Below, one piece after another: positions 17,119 through 26,520 of a stretch of DNA of 39,655 nucleotides (positions within the stretch are counted from its first letter, which is position 1; each line of letters starts with the position of its first letter). The notes beneath the pieces were generated by a model, which was not told where the DNA came from, searched no databases, and worked only from the letters and a program-made list of their open reading frames with translations. The stretch is from Coriobacteriia bacterium. GTDB taxonomy: Bacteria > Actinomycetota > Coriobacteriia > Coriobacteriales > Eggerthellaceae. The DNA is taken from NCBI GenBank assembly GCA_030525445.1, contig JAUNEQ010000002.1, positions 1-39,655 of the forward strand. The letters run 5' to 3'. The position numbers were made by a program, and so were the translations under genes.

Positions 17119-17904
17119 TTAGTTCGCGGCGGAAACCTTGGAATCGATGTGCATGCCCATGCCGGCGGTATGCGAGGAAACCTCGGACGCCAGGTAGAGC
17201 ACCGCATTCGCCACTTCCTCGGGCTTGGCATAGCGCTTGTCCATGGCATACTGGCCAGCCAGCATTGCCTGGGCCTCTTCGTGCGTCATGGAATCGCCGA
17301 AGAAGTCCTTCTCGATGCGCAGCATCATCGGGGTGTCCACCGGGCCGGGGCAGATGTAGTTCACATGGATGCCGCACGGGCCAAGTTCCATGGCCACGCA
17401 CTTGGTGAGGCCGGCAACCGCATACTTGGAGCTCACATACGCGCTGTTGCCCGCGGTGGGCTCGAACGCGGCAGCGGAAGCGATCACGACCACAGCACCG
17501 GAGCCGTTCTCGATGAGCGTCGGCGCAGCATACTTCATCGTGAGCATCGGGGCGAACACGTTCATCATGTAGGTCTTCTCGAACAGGTCGAGCGTCATAT
17601 CCTGGACCGGATGCGCCTGGCCTTCGTAGCCGGCGTTCGGGACGACGATGTTGATCGTGCCGAAGTGCGCCTTCGCAGCCTCGACGAATGCTTTGACATC
17701 CTCTTCCTTGGTCATGTCAGCAACGAAACCGGCGACGCGATCGCCCGCATCGAGCTCTGCGATGAGCGCATCGGCCTTCTCCTGACGTGTGGAAGAAAAC
17801 GCGACCTTCGCGCCCTCACCCAGGAACGCCTTCACAATTGCAGTGCCAATACCGCCGGTGCCGCCGGTAACCAAAACAACTTTGTCCTGAAGCTTAAGAT
17901 CCAT
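17119..17904 (-). CDS. SDR-family oxidoreductase
   Basis: TGGTGGIG, NAG, and catalytic YVSSK. ATG 17904 (MDLKLQDKVVLVTGG) follows GGAGA. Confidence 0.9.
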   Translation of the reverse strand: MDLKLQDKVVLVTGGTGGIGTAIVKAFLGEGAKVAFSSTRQEKADALIAELDAGDRVAGFVADMTKEEDVKAFVEAAKAHFGTINIVVPNAGYEGQAHPVQDMTLDLFEKTYMMNVFAPMLTMKYAAPTLIENGSGAVVVIASAAAFEPTAGNSAYVSSKYAVAGLTKCVAMELGPCGIHVNYICPGPVDTPMMLRIEKDFFGDSMTHEEAQAMLAGQYAMDKRYAKPEEVANAVLYLASEVSSHTAGMGMHIDSKVSAAN

Positions 17905-18033
17905 GAGGTCTCCTCTCTCAAGGCTCGTCCTGCCATGCATAAATCATAGTAGGCTAGCTGTATAAAGGCTGATGAATCACGTAAACGGCATGCATATGCC
18001 CGCCAAGGCCATGCATGGCAGGGGATCACATGG

Positions 18034-18618
18034 CTATGCGTGCATGAAGGCGCTCATCATGCAGGCACCCGCCGCGCCCGCCGAGCGTACCTCGGGAAGC
18101 CGGTCGCAGGTGATGCCCCCAATAGCCCACACGGGAATGTCCACCGCCGCGCACACGGCACGTAAGAAAGCGAGGCCGCGCGGCTCCAGACCCGGCTTGC
18201 AATCGGTCTCGTATACATGGCCGGCGATGATGCGGCGGCAACCGAATTCCGCGGCACGCACGGCATCGTCGACAGAATGACATGAGGTCGAAAGCTCGAA
18301 TTCGCGCGACACGGCTTCGCGTGTTTCCGCCGGCATCGCCTCGAGCGTGGGGAGGGTCATGTGCACATGGGAGCACCCCAGCTCACGGGCAACATCGATA
18401 TGGGTATGAACGACCATCGGCACTGCCGCCGCGGCGCAAAGCGCCGCCACCTCGCGCGCCAGCTGCGCATACGCCGCTGCATCCAAGTCTTTCTCGCGCA
18501 GGAGAATGCCCGCCGGCCGCAGCGAAACCACCCGCTGCAACTGCGCGAGGAAGTCACCCGCGCACAGCGAGCGGTTCGTCACGCAGAGCAATGGCAACGC
18601 ATGCGAGTCCCCAGGCAT
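18034..18618 (-). CDS. thiE: thiamine-phosphate synthase
   Basis: ThiE-like TIM-barrel sequence (LLCVTNR...ILLREKDL...VHTH...GCSHVHM..., ...AIGGI). It is the last gene of the thiSFGHE string. ATG 18618 follows GGGGAG; the ORF track opens at GTG 18624. Confidence 0.85.
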   Translation of the reverse strand: MPGDSHALPLLCVTNRSLCAGDFLAQLQRVVSLRPAGILLREKDLDAAAYAQLAREVAALCAAAAVPMVVHTHIDVARELGCSHVHMTLPTLEAMPAETREAVSREFELSTSCHSVDDAVRAAEFGCRRIIAGHVYETDCKPGLEPRGLAFLRAVCAAVDIPVWAIGGITCDRLPEVRSAGAAGACMMSAFMHA

Positions 18619-18636
18619 ACCCACTCCCCGAAGCGC

Positions 18637-19923
18637 TTACACGTACACGTAGTCGTTCAGCACGGGCTGCATGCCGCCCTCTTCCAGCTCGGCATACATC
18701 TGCTGCAAGCTGCGCGCATCGGCGATCTCGAACTGCTCATCGCCTTCGGCATCGGCATCACTGCTCGTGCCATGGTACTTCTCCTCGTGGTCGCCGATGC
18801 CCGTCGACACGCCAGCCGACACCTTCGTCGCGGCGATCTTCACGATGCCGTTGCGGAAGCGCGCGGTCTCGCGCGAAGAGACGACGATGCCCGCGAACGG
18901 CAGGAAGATGCGATACGCGCACAGTACCTGGCACAGCTGCTGCTCGTGCACGTCGAGCGGATTGATGGTGTCGTTGTTCACGATGGGGCGCAGGCGCGGG
19001 CACGAAAGCGAAATCTCCGCATGCGGATACTTGCGCTGCAGCAGGTAGGCGTGCAGGCCGGTCGCCAAGGCATCGTGGCGGAATTCCGCCAGCCCCAGCA
19101 GCGCCGAGAACCCCACGCCGCGCATGCCGCCCATGAGGGCGCGCTCCTGCGCTTCGAAGCGATACGGCCAAATGCGCTTGCGGCCCAGCAGATGCAGCTG
19201 CTCGTACACGTTGCGGTCGTAGGACTCCTGGAAGACGGTAACGTAGTCGGCGCCGCATTCACGCAGGTAGCGGTAGTCCTCCACGTTCATGGGATACACT
19301 TCCAGGCCCACGTTGCGGAAGTACTTGCGCGCCAGCTTGCACGCCTCGCCGATGTATTCGAGGTTGCTCTTCTTGGGGCTCTCGCCCGTGAGCAGGAGCA
19401 CTTCCTCGATGCCGGAATCGGCGATGACCTTCATCTCGCGCTCGATCTGCTCCGTGTTCAGCTGGATGCGACGGATGTCGTTATAGCAGTTGAAACCGCA
19501 GTACACGCAGTAATTCTCGCAGTAGTTGGCGATGTAGAGCGGCGTGAAAATATACACGGTGTTCCCGAAATGCTTGCGGGTTTCCAGCCGCGCCTTCTGG
19601 GCCATCTGCTCCAGGAACGGCGCCGCAGCCGGGGACAGCAGCGCCTTGAAATCCTCAACCGTGCAGGTGTCGTGCGAGAGCGCGCGGCGCACGTCAGCCG
19701 CCGTGTAGGCGTCGGGGTCGTACGCATCGATTTCTGCCACAACACGATTGCGGATGGTCGGGTCGACCTGGTCCATATCGGGCAGGTACTCCATGATGTC
19801 TGCGCGGACGGACGGGTCCTGCTCCACCCGATGCTTGCGCTCGAGCGCTGCCGGCCCCAGGTGCGGGGAATCGAACAGGAAGCGTTCAGCGATGTTCTCG
19901 CGTGCCGCTTCGGAGCCGCTCAT
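18637..19923 (-). CDS. thiH: 2-iminoacetate synthase (radical-SAM tyrosine lyase)
   Basis: Radical-SAM CENYCVYC. It is collinear with my recollection of E. coli ThiH (LLSPAA...FGNTV...). The start overlaps the thiG stop as ATGA. A later start at Met44 (19794) is possible, because the N-terminus is about 45 aa longer than I expect. Confidence 0.85.
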   Translation of the reverse strand: MSGSEAARENIAERFLFDSPHLGPAALERKHRVEQDPSVRADIMEYLPDMDQVDPTIRNRVVAEIDAYDPDAYTAADVRRALSHDTCTVEDFKALLSPAAAPFLEQMAQKARLETRKHFGNTVYIFTPLYIANYCENYCVYCGFNCYNDIRRIQLNTEQIEREMKVIADSGIEEVLLLTGESPKKSNLEYIGEACKLARKYFRNVGLEVYPMNVEDYRYLRECGADYVTVFQESYDRNVYEQLHLLGRKRIWPYRFEAQERALMGGMRGVGFSALLGLAEFRHDALATGLHAYLLQRKYPHAEISLSCPRLRPIVNNDTINPLDVHEQQLCQVLCAYRIFLPFAGIVVSSRETARFRNGIVKIAATKVSAGVSTGIGDHEEKYHGTSSDADAEGDEQFEIADARSLQQMYAELEEGGMQPVLNDYVYV

Positions 19924-20693
19924 CGCAGGAATCCCGTCAACGGGTCGGAAGCCGCCGCGCCACGCACGAGCACGCGGCCGAGCCCCGAAAGGTACGCCTG
20001 GCGGCCCGCCTCGATGGCCTTGCGGAACGCATCCGCCATGAGCGGCAGGTCGCCCGCCGTGGCGAGCGCCGTGTTCGCCATGATGGCAGCCGCACCCATC
20101 TCCATGGCCTCGCAGGCCTGGGACGGACGGCCGATGCCGGCGTCCACGATGATGGGCGCATCCACCTCGTCGATGAGGATCTGGATGAACTCACGCGCCG
20201 CCAAGCCCTTGTTCGATCCGATGGGAGCCGCAAGGGGCATCACGGCCGCTGCGCCGGCATTCACCAGGTCACGCGCGTAATTCAGGTCGGGCATCATGTA
20301 CGGCAGCACGACGAAGCCCTCGTTGGCGAGCGCCTCGGTGGCGCGCAGCGTCTCGGCGTTGTCGGGCAGCAGGTACTTGGAGTCGCGCATGATCTCGATT
20401 TTCACGAAGTCGCCGCAGCCAAGCTCGCGGGCAAGGCGGGCAATGCGAATGGCCTCCTCGGCGTTGCGCGCGCCCGACGTGTTGGGCAGCAGCGTGACCC
20501 CTTCGGGAATGTGGTCGAGGATGCTCTCGCCGTCGGCGCTGTTCGCGCGCCGCACCGCAAGCGTGATGATCTGCGCGCCCGCCTGCTGCACGGCCGCCTC
20601 GATAAGCGCCATCGAATACTTGCCCGACCCCAAGATGAAGCGCGATTGGAACTCGCGTCCTCCCAGAATCAGCGGATCGTCCACATGTGCCAT
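19920..20693 (-). CDS. thiG: thiazole synthase
   Basis: 257 aa: [19 protein letters not shown]...ITLAVRR...LPNTSGA...VKIEI...VLPY...[11 protein letters not shown]. Confidence 0.93.
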   Translation of the reverse strand: MAHVDDPLILGGREFQSRFILGSGKYSMALIEAAVQQAGAQIITLAVRRANSADGESILDHIPEGVTLLPNTSGARNAEEAIRIARLARELGCGDFVKIEIMRDSKYLLPDNAETLRATEALANEGFVVLPYMMPDLNYARDLVNAGAAAVMPLAAPIGSNKGLAAREFIQILIDEVDAPIIVDAGIGRPSQACEAMEMGAAAIMANTALATAGDLPLMADAFRKAIEAGRQAYLSGLGRVLVRGAAASDPLTGFLR

Positions 20694-20817
20694 GTTTGCA
20701 TCCCTTCCACCTCGTACATGTCTCGCACATCAGTATAAAACGCCCCGACACGCACAGGGCAACGCGCTTTCCGGCAATGGCCTAAAACACAGTTTGAGCA
20801 CGTGGGCGCCGGGAACG

Positions 20818-20914
20818 ATGAGACAGAGACCTCAGGGGAGGTTGTCTCATGGCAAGAAACGCCGACCATCGCTCGTCGGCTCATGTGCCATGAGAGAACC
20901 GCTTCCTGAGGTCT
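20818..20914 (-). other. highly structured thiF-thiG intercistronic element (nested and competing helices)
   Basis: Four helices: AGACCTCAGG (20827-20836) with CCTGAGGTCT (20905-20914); TCTCATGGCA (20845-20854) with TGCCATGAGA (20886-20895); GCCGAC (20861-20866) with GTCGGC (20875-20880). The competing helix ATGAGACA (20818-20825) with TGTCTCAT (20843-20850) overlaps the second one. Confidence 0.6.
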
Positions 20915-20922
20915 TTGTTCGT

Positions 20923-21576
20923 CTATGCATCCGTCTCGCCGGCAAGCAGGCGCAACACCATGTGCGCTTCGTGGGCGGCGCATGCCAACACGCGCGAGGA
21001 CACCAGGCCCAGGCCGTCGGCCACGTCGCTCGTGCCGTCGCCGCACAGGTAGAGGCTCTTCCCCACCTTGCGCGTCCGGATGGTGTTCGCGGTAGAAATG
21101 CCCGCCATGCCCGAAGCCGCCACCAGGGGCTTTCCCGGATACACCTCGAGCACGCCCTGCACGAGCATCGCTTTCGCAACCGGGTTGTCAAAGCACTCGC
21201 ACACGATATCGTCCGCATCGAACAGCCCGGGGATGTCATCTTCTTCGATCTTCATCACCGTGGCGTTTACCTGGCTAAACGGCGCGATACGTGCGAGGTT
21301 CGCCGCAAGCGCCTCGGGCTTCGGCATCCCCAACTGCGATACGTCGTATTGCTGGCGATTCAGGTTCGTGATGTCAACGCAGTCGAAATCATACAGGTCG
21401 AGCGTTCCCACGCCCGAGCGCACGAGCGCGATCGCGACGTTCGAGCCCAAGCCGCCCAGGCCGCACACCGCCACCCGAGCACCTTCGAAGCGCTCGCGCA
21501 GCTCGCGGCCAAAACGCTCGTCAAGCGCAGCTCGCCATTCGTCATGCGTGATGGGAATCGCCGGCGCCTCTGCCAT
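20923..21576 (-). CDS. thiF: ThiS adenylyltransferase (ThiF/MoeB family)
   Basis: Nucleotide-binding VAVCGLGGLGSNVA and DFD.VD..NLNRQ. It starts 2 nt after the thiS stop. Confidence 0.87.
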   Translation of the reverse strand: MAEAPAIPITHDEWRAALDERFGRELRERFEGARVAVCGLGGLGSNVAIALVRSGVGTLDLYDFDCVDITNLNRQQYDVSQLGMPKPEALAANLARIAPFSQVNATVMKIEEDDIPGLFDADDIVCECFDNPVAKAMLVQGVLEVYPGKPLVAASGMAGISTANTIRTRKVGKSLYLCGDGTSDVADGLGLVSSRVLACAAHEAHMVLRLLAGETDA

Positions 21577-21578
21577 GC

Positions 21579-21773
21579 CTAGCCACCTCCCACGAATGCG
21601 ACGATTTCCACCTCGTCGCCAGCAGAAAGCATTGTCTCTTCGTACAGCGCCTTGGGCACGATATCGCCGTTGAGCTCCACGGCCACGCGCTCACGCGTGT
21701 AGCCGGCTTCGGCCAGGTATTCGGCGAGGGACTTGCCGTCCGCGGGGATGGACTCGCCATTGATCTTCACCAT
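21579..21773 (-). CDS. thiS: sulfur-carrier protein ThiS
   Basis: Internal ATG 21773 of ORF 21579-21899 gives 64 aa (MVKINGESIPADGKSLAEYL...) ending in VGGG (C-terminal Gly-Gly). GGGAG lies upstream. Confidence 0.85.
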   Translation of the reverse strand: MVKINGESIPADGKSLAEYLAEAGYTRERVAVELNGDIVPKALYEETMLSAGDEVEIVAFVGGG

Positions 21774-22066
21774 TGCAACTCCCTTAGTCTTCGGCTTGCA
21801 CCGGTTATTCAACCCGAGACGACAACCGAGGTCAACCGCCTGGAGCATTCGAATTTCCGATTGCTCGATATCGCCCAGGGGTTCCAATCTCTCTGCCAAG
21901 GCGCCGCCGGCCGGCTACTTATCCCACTGCATCATTTTTCAGGTTTTAGCCTCCTTGCCGCTTGTTTGGCCCGCCATACCCCCCGTTTTCACCTCGAAAT
22001 GCATTGTTTCACAGTAAGTTTTTTCATATTTCAACTTCGCAGGACCCGAAAACGGTGTATGATGCA

Positions 22067-22348
22067 CTCCAATCGAATAGAGCAGTAAAGCAAACCGTTG
22101 AAGCGGAAGTAACGGCAAGCACGACTTCACAGAGAGCCCGCGATGGTGGAAATCGGGCAGGCACGACTTGTCAAATGGCCCGCGGAGGGCGCAGGCAAAG
22201 GGCAACCGAGTAACCTGCGACGTCAGGCACGCGTGAGATGCCGGGGATGTAGAGGCATCCTGCTGAGTGCGTGGGAAACCGCGAATCAAGGTGGCACCGC
22301 GGAAGTGATTTCGCCCTTGACGAACAAGATGTTTGTCGGGGCTTTTTT
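22067..22348 (+). promoter_or_regulatory. T-box leader (tRNA-sensing riboswitch) of the trp operon, with terminator
   Basis: AGAGAG (22131-22136) is followed by a GCCCG/CGGGC hairpin whose loop holds GGTGGAAA (22145-22152). These look like the stem-I AG bulge and distal loop. A T-box sequence AATCAAGGTGGCACCGCGG lies at 22284-22302. A terminator stem at 22313-22342 is followed by TTTTTT (22343-22348). The candidate specifier is TGG at 22176-22178. I did not complete the stem-I fold. Confidence 0.75.
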
Positions 22349-22413
22349 GTTGCCCCGACATCCAAACCTGGCGAGGACCTGCACGGTCCCGCCGGCCAAG
22401 GAAGGAGGGCGGC

Positions 22414-23886
22414 ATGGCACAACTTACGGTTACTCCGAGCCTGGACGAGGCGCTCGCGCTCGTGGCGGACGGGTCGTATCGGCGCGTGCCCATCTCGTGC
22501 AAGATTCTCTCTGACACCGTCACGCCCATCACGGTGATGCGCAAGCTGAAACGCGTATCCGACCATTGCTACTTGCTCGAATCTGCCGCGGACAGCGCGC
22601 AATGGGGCCGCTATTCCTTCCTTGGCTATGACCCCACCCTAGAGATCACCTGCTTGAACGGCGTGATGAAGGTGGGCGCGCTCACGTTCGAGGTCGCACA
22701 TCCCGGGCCCTACCTGCGCCAGATCCTCGATGAATACCGCACGCCGAAGATCCCCGGCTTGCCAAGCTTCACCGGCGGCCTCGTCGGGTACTTCAGCTAC
22801 GACTATCTGAAATACGCCGAGCCGACGCTCTCGCTCGACGCGCGGGACAGCGAGGGCTTCAAGGATGTCGACCTCATGCTGTTTGACAAGGTCATCGCGT
22901 TCGATAACTTCAAGCAGAAAATCGTGCTCGTGGTGAACGCCGACCTCTCGGAAGGCGAAGCGGGCTATCGCCGCGCGGTGATGCAGCTGCAGCAGATGCG
23001 CGACCTGGTGCTGTACGGCGACGAGGCCGACGAGCAGCCAGGGCATTTGACATCCGAGGTCAAGCCGCTGTTCAACCAGGAACAGTATTGCCAGATGGTG
23101 CGCCGAGCACAGCACCACATCCACGAAGGCGACGTGTTCCAGGTGGTGCTCTCGAATCGCCTGGAGGCTGGATTCGAGGGCAGCCTGCTCAACACCTACC
23201 GGGTGCTGCGCACGCTGAACCCCTCGCCCTACCTGTTCTATTTCTCGAGCTCCGACATGGAAGTCGCCGGCGCCTCCCCCGAAACGCTCGCCAAGCTGGA
23301 AGACGGCGTGCTGCACACCTTCCCCCTGGCGGGAACGCGCCCGCGCGGTGCCACCCCCGAGGAAGACGCCGCGCTCGAGGCCGAGCTGCTCGCGGACGAG
23401 AAGGAGCTCGCCGAGCACAACATGCTAGTGGACCTGGGGCGCAACGACCTGGGCAAGATCTCGCGCTTCGGAAGCGTGGCGGTGGAGAAATACCTGTCCA
23501 TCGAGCGGTTCTCGCACGTGATGCACATCGGCTCGACCGTACGCGGCGAAATTGACGACGCACACGACGCCATCGACGCGGTCGACGCCATCCTGCCCGC
23601 CGGCACGCTTTCCGGTGCGCCAAAAATCCGCGCTTGCCAGCTCATCAACGACCTCGAGGACAACAAGCGCGGCATCTACGGCGGCGCGATCGGCTACCTC
23701 GATTTCACCGGCAACCTCGACACGTGCATTGCCATCCGCCTCGCGTTCAAGAAGAACGGCAAGGTCTTCATCCGCAGCGGCGCGGGCATCGTGGCCGACA
23801 GCGTGCCCGAGAAGGAATACCAGGAGTGCATCAACAAAGCCGCGGCCGTCGTCGCCGCCCTGCATGAAGCGGAGGGCCTGGAATGA
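22414..23886 (+). CDS. trpE: anthranilate synthase component I
   Basis: Internal ATG 22414 follows GAAGGAGGG, giving MAQLTVTPSLDEAL... Conserved LLES, GDVFQVVLS, SPE and GGAIGY blocks are present. The stop overlaps the trpG start as ATGA. Confidence 0.95.
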   Translation: MAQLTVTPSLDEALALVADGSYRRVPISCKILSDTVTPITVMRKLKRVSDHCYLLESAADSAQWGRYSFLGYDPTLEITCLNGVMKVGALTFEVAHPGPYLRQILDEYRTPKIPGLPSFTGGLVGYFSYDYLKYAEPTLSLDARDSEGFKDVDLMLFDKVIAFDNFKQKIVLVVNADLSEGEAGYRRAVMQLQQMRDLVLYGDEADEQPGHLTSEVKPLFNQEQYCQMVRRAQHHIHEGDVFQVVLSNRLEAGFEGSLLNTYRVLRTLNPSPYLFYFSSSDMEVAGASPETLAKLEDGVLHTFPLAGTRPRGATPEEDAALEAELLADEKELAEHNMLVDLGRNDLGKISRFGSVAVEKYLSIERFSHVMHIGSTVRGEIDDAHDAIDAVDAILPAGTLSGAPKIRACQLINDLEDNKRGIYGGAIGYLDFTGNLDTCIAIRLAFKKNGKVFIRSGAGIVADSVPEKEYQECINKAAAVVAALHEAEGLE

Positions 23887-24464
23887 TCGTGCTCATCGAC
23901 AACTACGACAGCTTTTCGTACAACCTCTACCAGCTGGTGGGCAGCATCGAGCCCGACATCCGCGTCGTGCGCAACGACGCGCTCACGGTGGATGGCATCC
24001 GTGACCTCGCGCCTGACGGCATCATCATCAGCCCCGGGCCGGGCCGGCCGGAAGACGCCGGCATCTGCGTCGATGTCGTGCGCGAGCTCGGGCCCCGCAT
24101 CCCCATCCTGGGCGTGTGCCTGGGGCATCAGGCGATTTGCCTTGCGTACGGCGCCACCATCGGATACGCGCGCCAGCTCATGCACGGCAAGCAATCGGTT
24201 GCGGCCATCGAACCCGATGCTTGCGGGACCGGGCTGTTCACGGGGCTCGGCAGCACGATCGCCGTCGCCCGCTACCACTCGCTTTCGGTAGACGAGACGA
24301 CCCTGCCACCCGAGCTCATCGCGACGTCGCGCGCGGACGACGGCGAGGTGATGTCGGTGCGGCACGCGCGGCATCCCGTGTTCGGCGTGCAATTCCACCC
24401 CGAAAGCATCCTCACTCCCGAGGGACCGGCGATGCTTCGCAACTTCATTCAGCTCACGAAATAG
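23883..24464 (+). CDS. trpG: anthranilate synthase component II (glutamine amidotransferase)
   Basis: [17 protein letters not shown], the catalytic LGVCLGHQ block, and the FGVQFHPES triad region. Confidence 0.93.
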   Translation: MIVLIDNYDSFSYNLYQLVGSIEPDIRVVRNDALTVDGIRDLAPDGIIISPGPGRPEDAGICVDVVRELGPRIPILGVCLGHQAICLAYGATIGYARQLMHGKQSVAAIEPDACGTGLFTGLGSTIAVARYHSLSVDETTLPPELIATSRADDGEVMSVRHARHPVFGVQFHPESILTPEGPAMLRNFIQLTK

Positions 24465-24483
24465 CGATTCAAGAGGAGGAACC

Positions 24484-25506
24484 ATGATCAAGGAAGCAAT
24501 CGAGAAAATCGTCATGAAGGAAGACCTCACCTACAACGAGGCCTACACCGTCATGAGCGAGATCATGAGCGGAGAGACCTCGGCGACGCAAAACGCGGCG
24601 TTTCTGGCGGCGCTCTCCACGAAGAGCACGAAAGCCGAGACCATCGACGAGATTTCCGGGTGCGCGGCCGCCATGCGCGAGAAGGCGACGCCGGTGCCGC
24701 ACCCCGGCATGGAGGTGCTCGAGATCGTGGGCACGGGCGGCGACCGCTCGAACACGTTCAACATCTCCACGACGGCCGCGTTCATCATCGCGGCGGCGGG
24801 CGTGAAGGTGGCCAAGCACGGCAACCGCGCGGCGAGTAGCCAGTCGGGCACCGCCGACTGCCAGGAGGCCCTGGGCGTGAACATCGAGCAGGACCCGGCG
24901 AAGGCGGCGAAGCTGCTTGAGGAGGTGGGTCTGTGCTTCTTCTTCGCGCAGAAGTACCATCCGGCAATGAAATACGTGGGAGCAATCCGCCGCGAGCTGG
25001 GTTTTCGCACGGTGTTCAACATCCTAGGGCCGCTCACCAACCCGGCGAGCCCGGAATACTTCCTGCTGGGCGTATATGACGAGTACCTGGTGGAACCGGT
25101 GGCAAAGGTGCTCGACAAGCTGGGCGTCAAACGCGGCTTGGTCGTGTATGGCCAGGACAAGATGGACGAGGTTTCCGCAAGCGCGCCCACGACGATTTGC
25201 GAGCTGCGCGACGGCTATTACCGCACGAGCGTGATCGCGCCCGAGGACTTCGGGTTCGAGCGGTGCGAGAAGGCAGACGTGGTGGGCGGAACCCCCGCGG
25301 AGAACGCGCAGACCACGCGTGACATCCTTGGCGGCGCCGAGCGCGGGCCCAAGCGCACAATCGTCCTGCTCAATGCGGGTGCGGCCCTGTTCACTGCGGG
25401 CGCGGCCGAAAGCATTGCCAAGGGAATCGAACTTGCCACGCAGATAGTCGATTCCGGCAAGGCACTGGCGACGCTGGAGGCCTACATCGCGGAATCGAAT
25501 CGATAG
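24484..25506 (+). CDS. trpD: anthranilate phosphoribosyltransferase
   Basis: GTGGD..NTFNIST, KHGNR, and NILGPL.NPA. GAGGAGG precedes the ATG. Confidence 0.95.
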   Translation: MIKEAIEKIVMKEDLTYNEAYTVMSEIMSGETSATQNAAFLAALSTKSTKAETIDEISGCAAAMREKATPVPHPGMEVLEIVGTGGDRSNTFNISTTAAFIIAAAGVKVAKHGNRAASSQSGTADCQEALGVNIEQDPAKAAKLLEEVGLCFFFAQKYHPAMKYVGAIRRELGFRTVFNILGPLTNPASPEYFLLGVYDEYLVEPVAKVLDKLGVKRGLVVYGQDKMDEVSASAPTTICELRDGYYRTSVIAPEDFGFERCEKADVVGGTPAENAQTTRDILGGAERGPKRTIVLLNAGAALFTAGAAESIAKGIELATQIVDSGKALATLEAYIAESNR

Positions 25507-25529
25507 CTTGAAGGAAATACGGCATGAAT

Positions 25530-25680
25530 TGTCACAAACTCAATAAAGCTGAGACGTGGAAGCGTTTTTACCAAGTGCACACCACTGTTTATGCAGTTTT
25601 TTCTCCATATTCAGAGGGTCAATGAGGTGAAAACAGCCCCGATGCCCTCATGAAATCTCAGCTTTCTTTATTCTGTGACA
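25530..25680. repeat. AT-rich 151-bp insert bounded by 25-bp imperfect inverted repeats in the trpD-trpC spacer
   Basis: 25530-25554 (TGTCACAAACTCAATAAAGCTGAGA) against the reverse complement of 25656-25680 (TGTCACAGAATAAAGAAAGCTGAGA): 21 of 25 match. The composition is clearly more AT-rich than the flanking genes. Confidence 0.6.
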
Positions 25681-25713
25681 TCATCGCGACATTTTGGAAA
25701 AAGCGGGTGAGCA

Positions 25714-26520
25714 ATGAAGACGATTTTGGACATACTGGCAGCAGCGGCCCGTGAGCGCGTCGCTGCAGCACGCGCGGAAACGCCGCTCGAATCCGTTCGG
25801 GAGCAAGCGCTCGCACTCCCCCGCGAGACGGCTCCGGCATTTACCCAAGCGCTCTCTGGCCTCGACCCCGCAGGCGACGCCCTGCACTTCATCTGCGAGT
25901 GCAAGAAGGCCTCACCCTCGAAGGGCCTCATCGCGCCGGACTTCCCCTACCTGGACATCGCGCGCTCGTACGAAGCGGCGGGGGCAAGCGCCATCTCGGT
26001 GCTCACCGAGCCCACGCGCTTCCTGGGCAGCGACGATTACCTGCGCGAGATCGCCCAGTACGTGGGCATCCCGTGCCTGCGCAAGGATTTCACGGTCGAC
26101 GAATACCAAATCTACGAGGCAAAACTCCTCGGCGCGCAGGCGGTGCTGCTCATCTGCAGCCTGTTGGACACCGCAACCATCCATCGCTACCTGGGCATAT
26201 GCGACGACCTGGGAATCGCGGCCCTCGTCGAGACGCACGACGAAGACGAGGTCGCAAGCGCCCTCGCGGCGGGCGCGGCCATCGTGGGCGTGAACAACCG
26301 CAACCTGAAGGACTTCACGGTGGACATCGGCACCAGCGTGCGTCTGCGCGGGTTCGTGCCGCCCGAAGTGCTGTTCGTAGCCGAAAGCGGCATCCGTTCC
26401 GCAGCAGATATCGCGGTTTTGCGCGACAATGGCGTGAACGCCGTGCTTGTGGGCGAGCAACTCATGCGCGCCGACGACAAGCAGGCAGCTATCGCCGAGC
26501 TGAGAGGAGCGTTTCGATGA
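25714..26520 (+). CDS. trpC: indole-3-glycerol-phosphate synthase
   Basis: ECKKASPSKG, SVLTE...F.G, LRKDF, and VGVNNRNL blocks. Confidence 0.93.
   Translation: MKTILDILAAAARERVAAARAETPLESVREQALALPRETAPAFTQALSGLDPAGDALHFICECKKASPSKGLIAPDFPYLDIARSYEAAGASAISVLTEPTRFLGSDDYLREIAQYVGIPCLRKDFTVDEYQIYEAKLLGAQAVLLICSLLDTATIHRYLGICDDLGIAALVETHDEDEVASALAAGAAIVGVNNRNLKDFTVDIGTSVRLRGFVPPEVLFVAESGIRSAADIAVLRDNGVNAVLVGEQLMRADDKQAAIAELRGAFR

Noticed and set aside
16339-21582. Long plus-strand ORFs 16339-17949, 18361-20280 and 20296-21582
   Set aside because: Each is antisense to clearly identified genes (SDR, thiE/H/G/F), is Arg/Ala/His-rich, and spans gene boundaries.
21774-21960. Annotating a TPP riboswitch feature upstream of thiS
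   Set aside because: It is expected from context, but I could not find the conserved CUGAGA and CCAGCGUAGGGA elements by eye. I left it as an open question in the findings rather than a feature.
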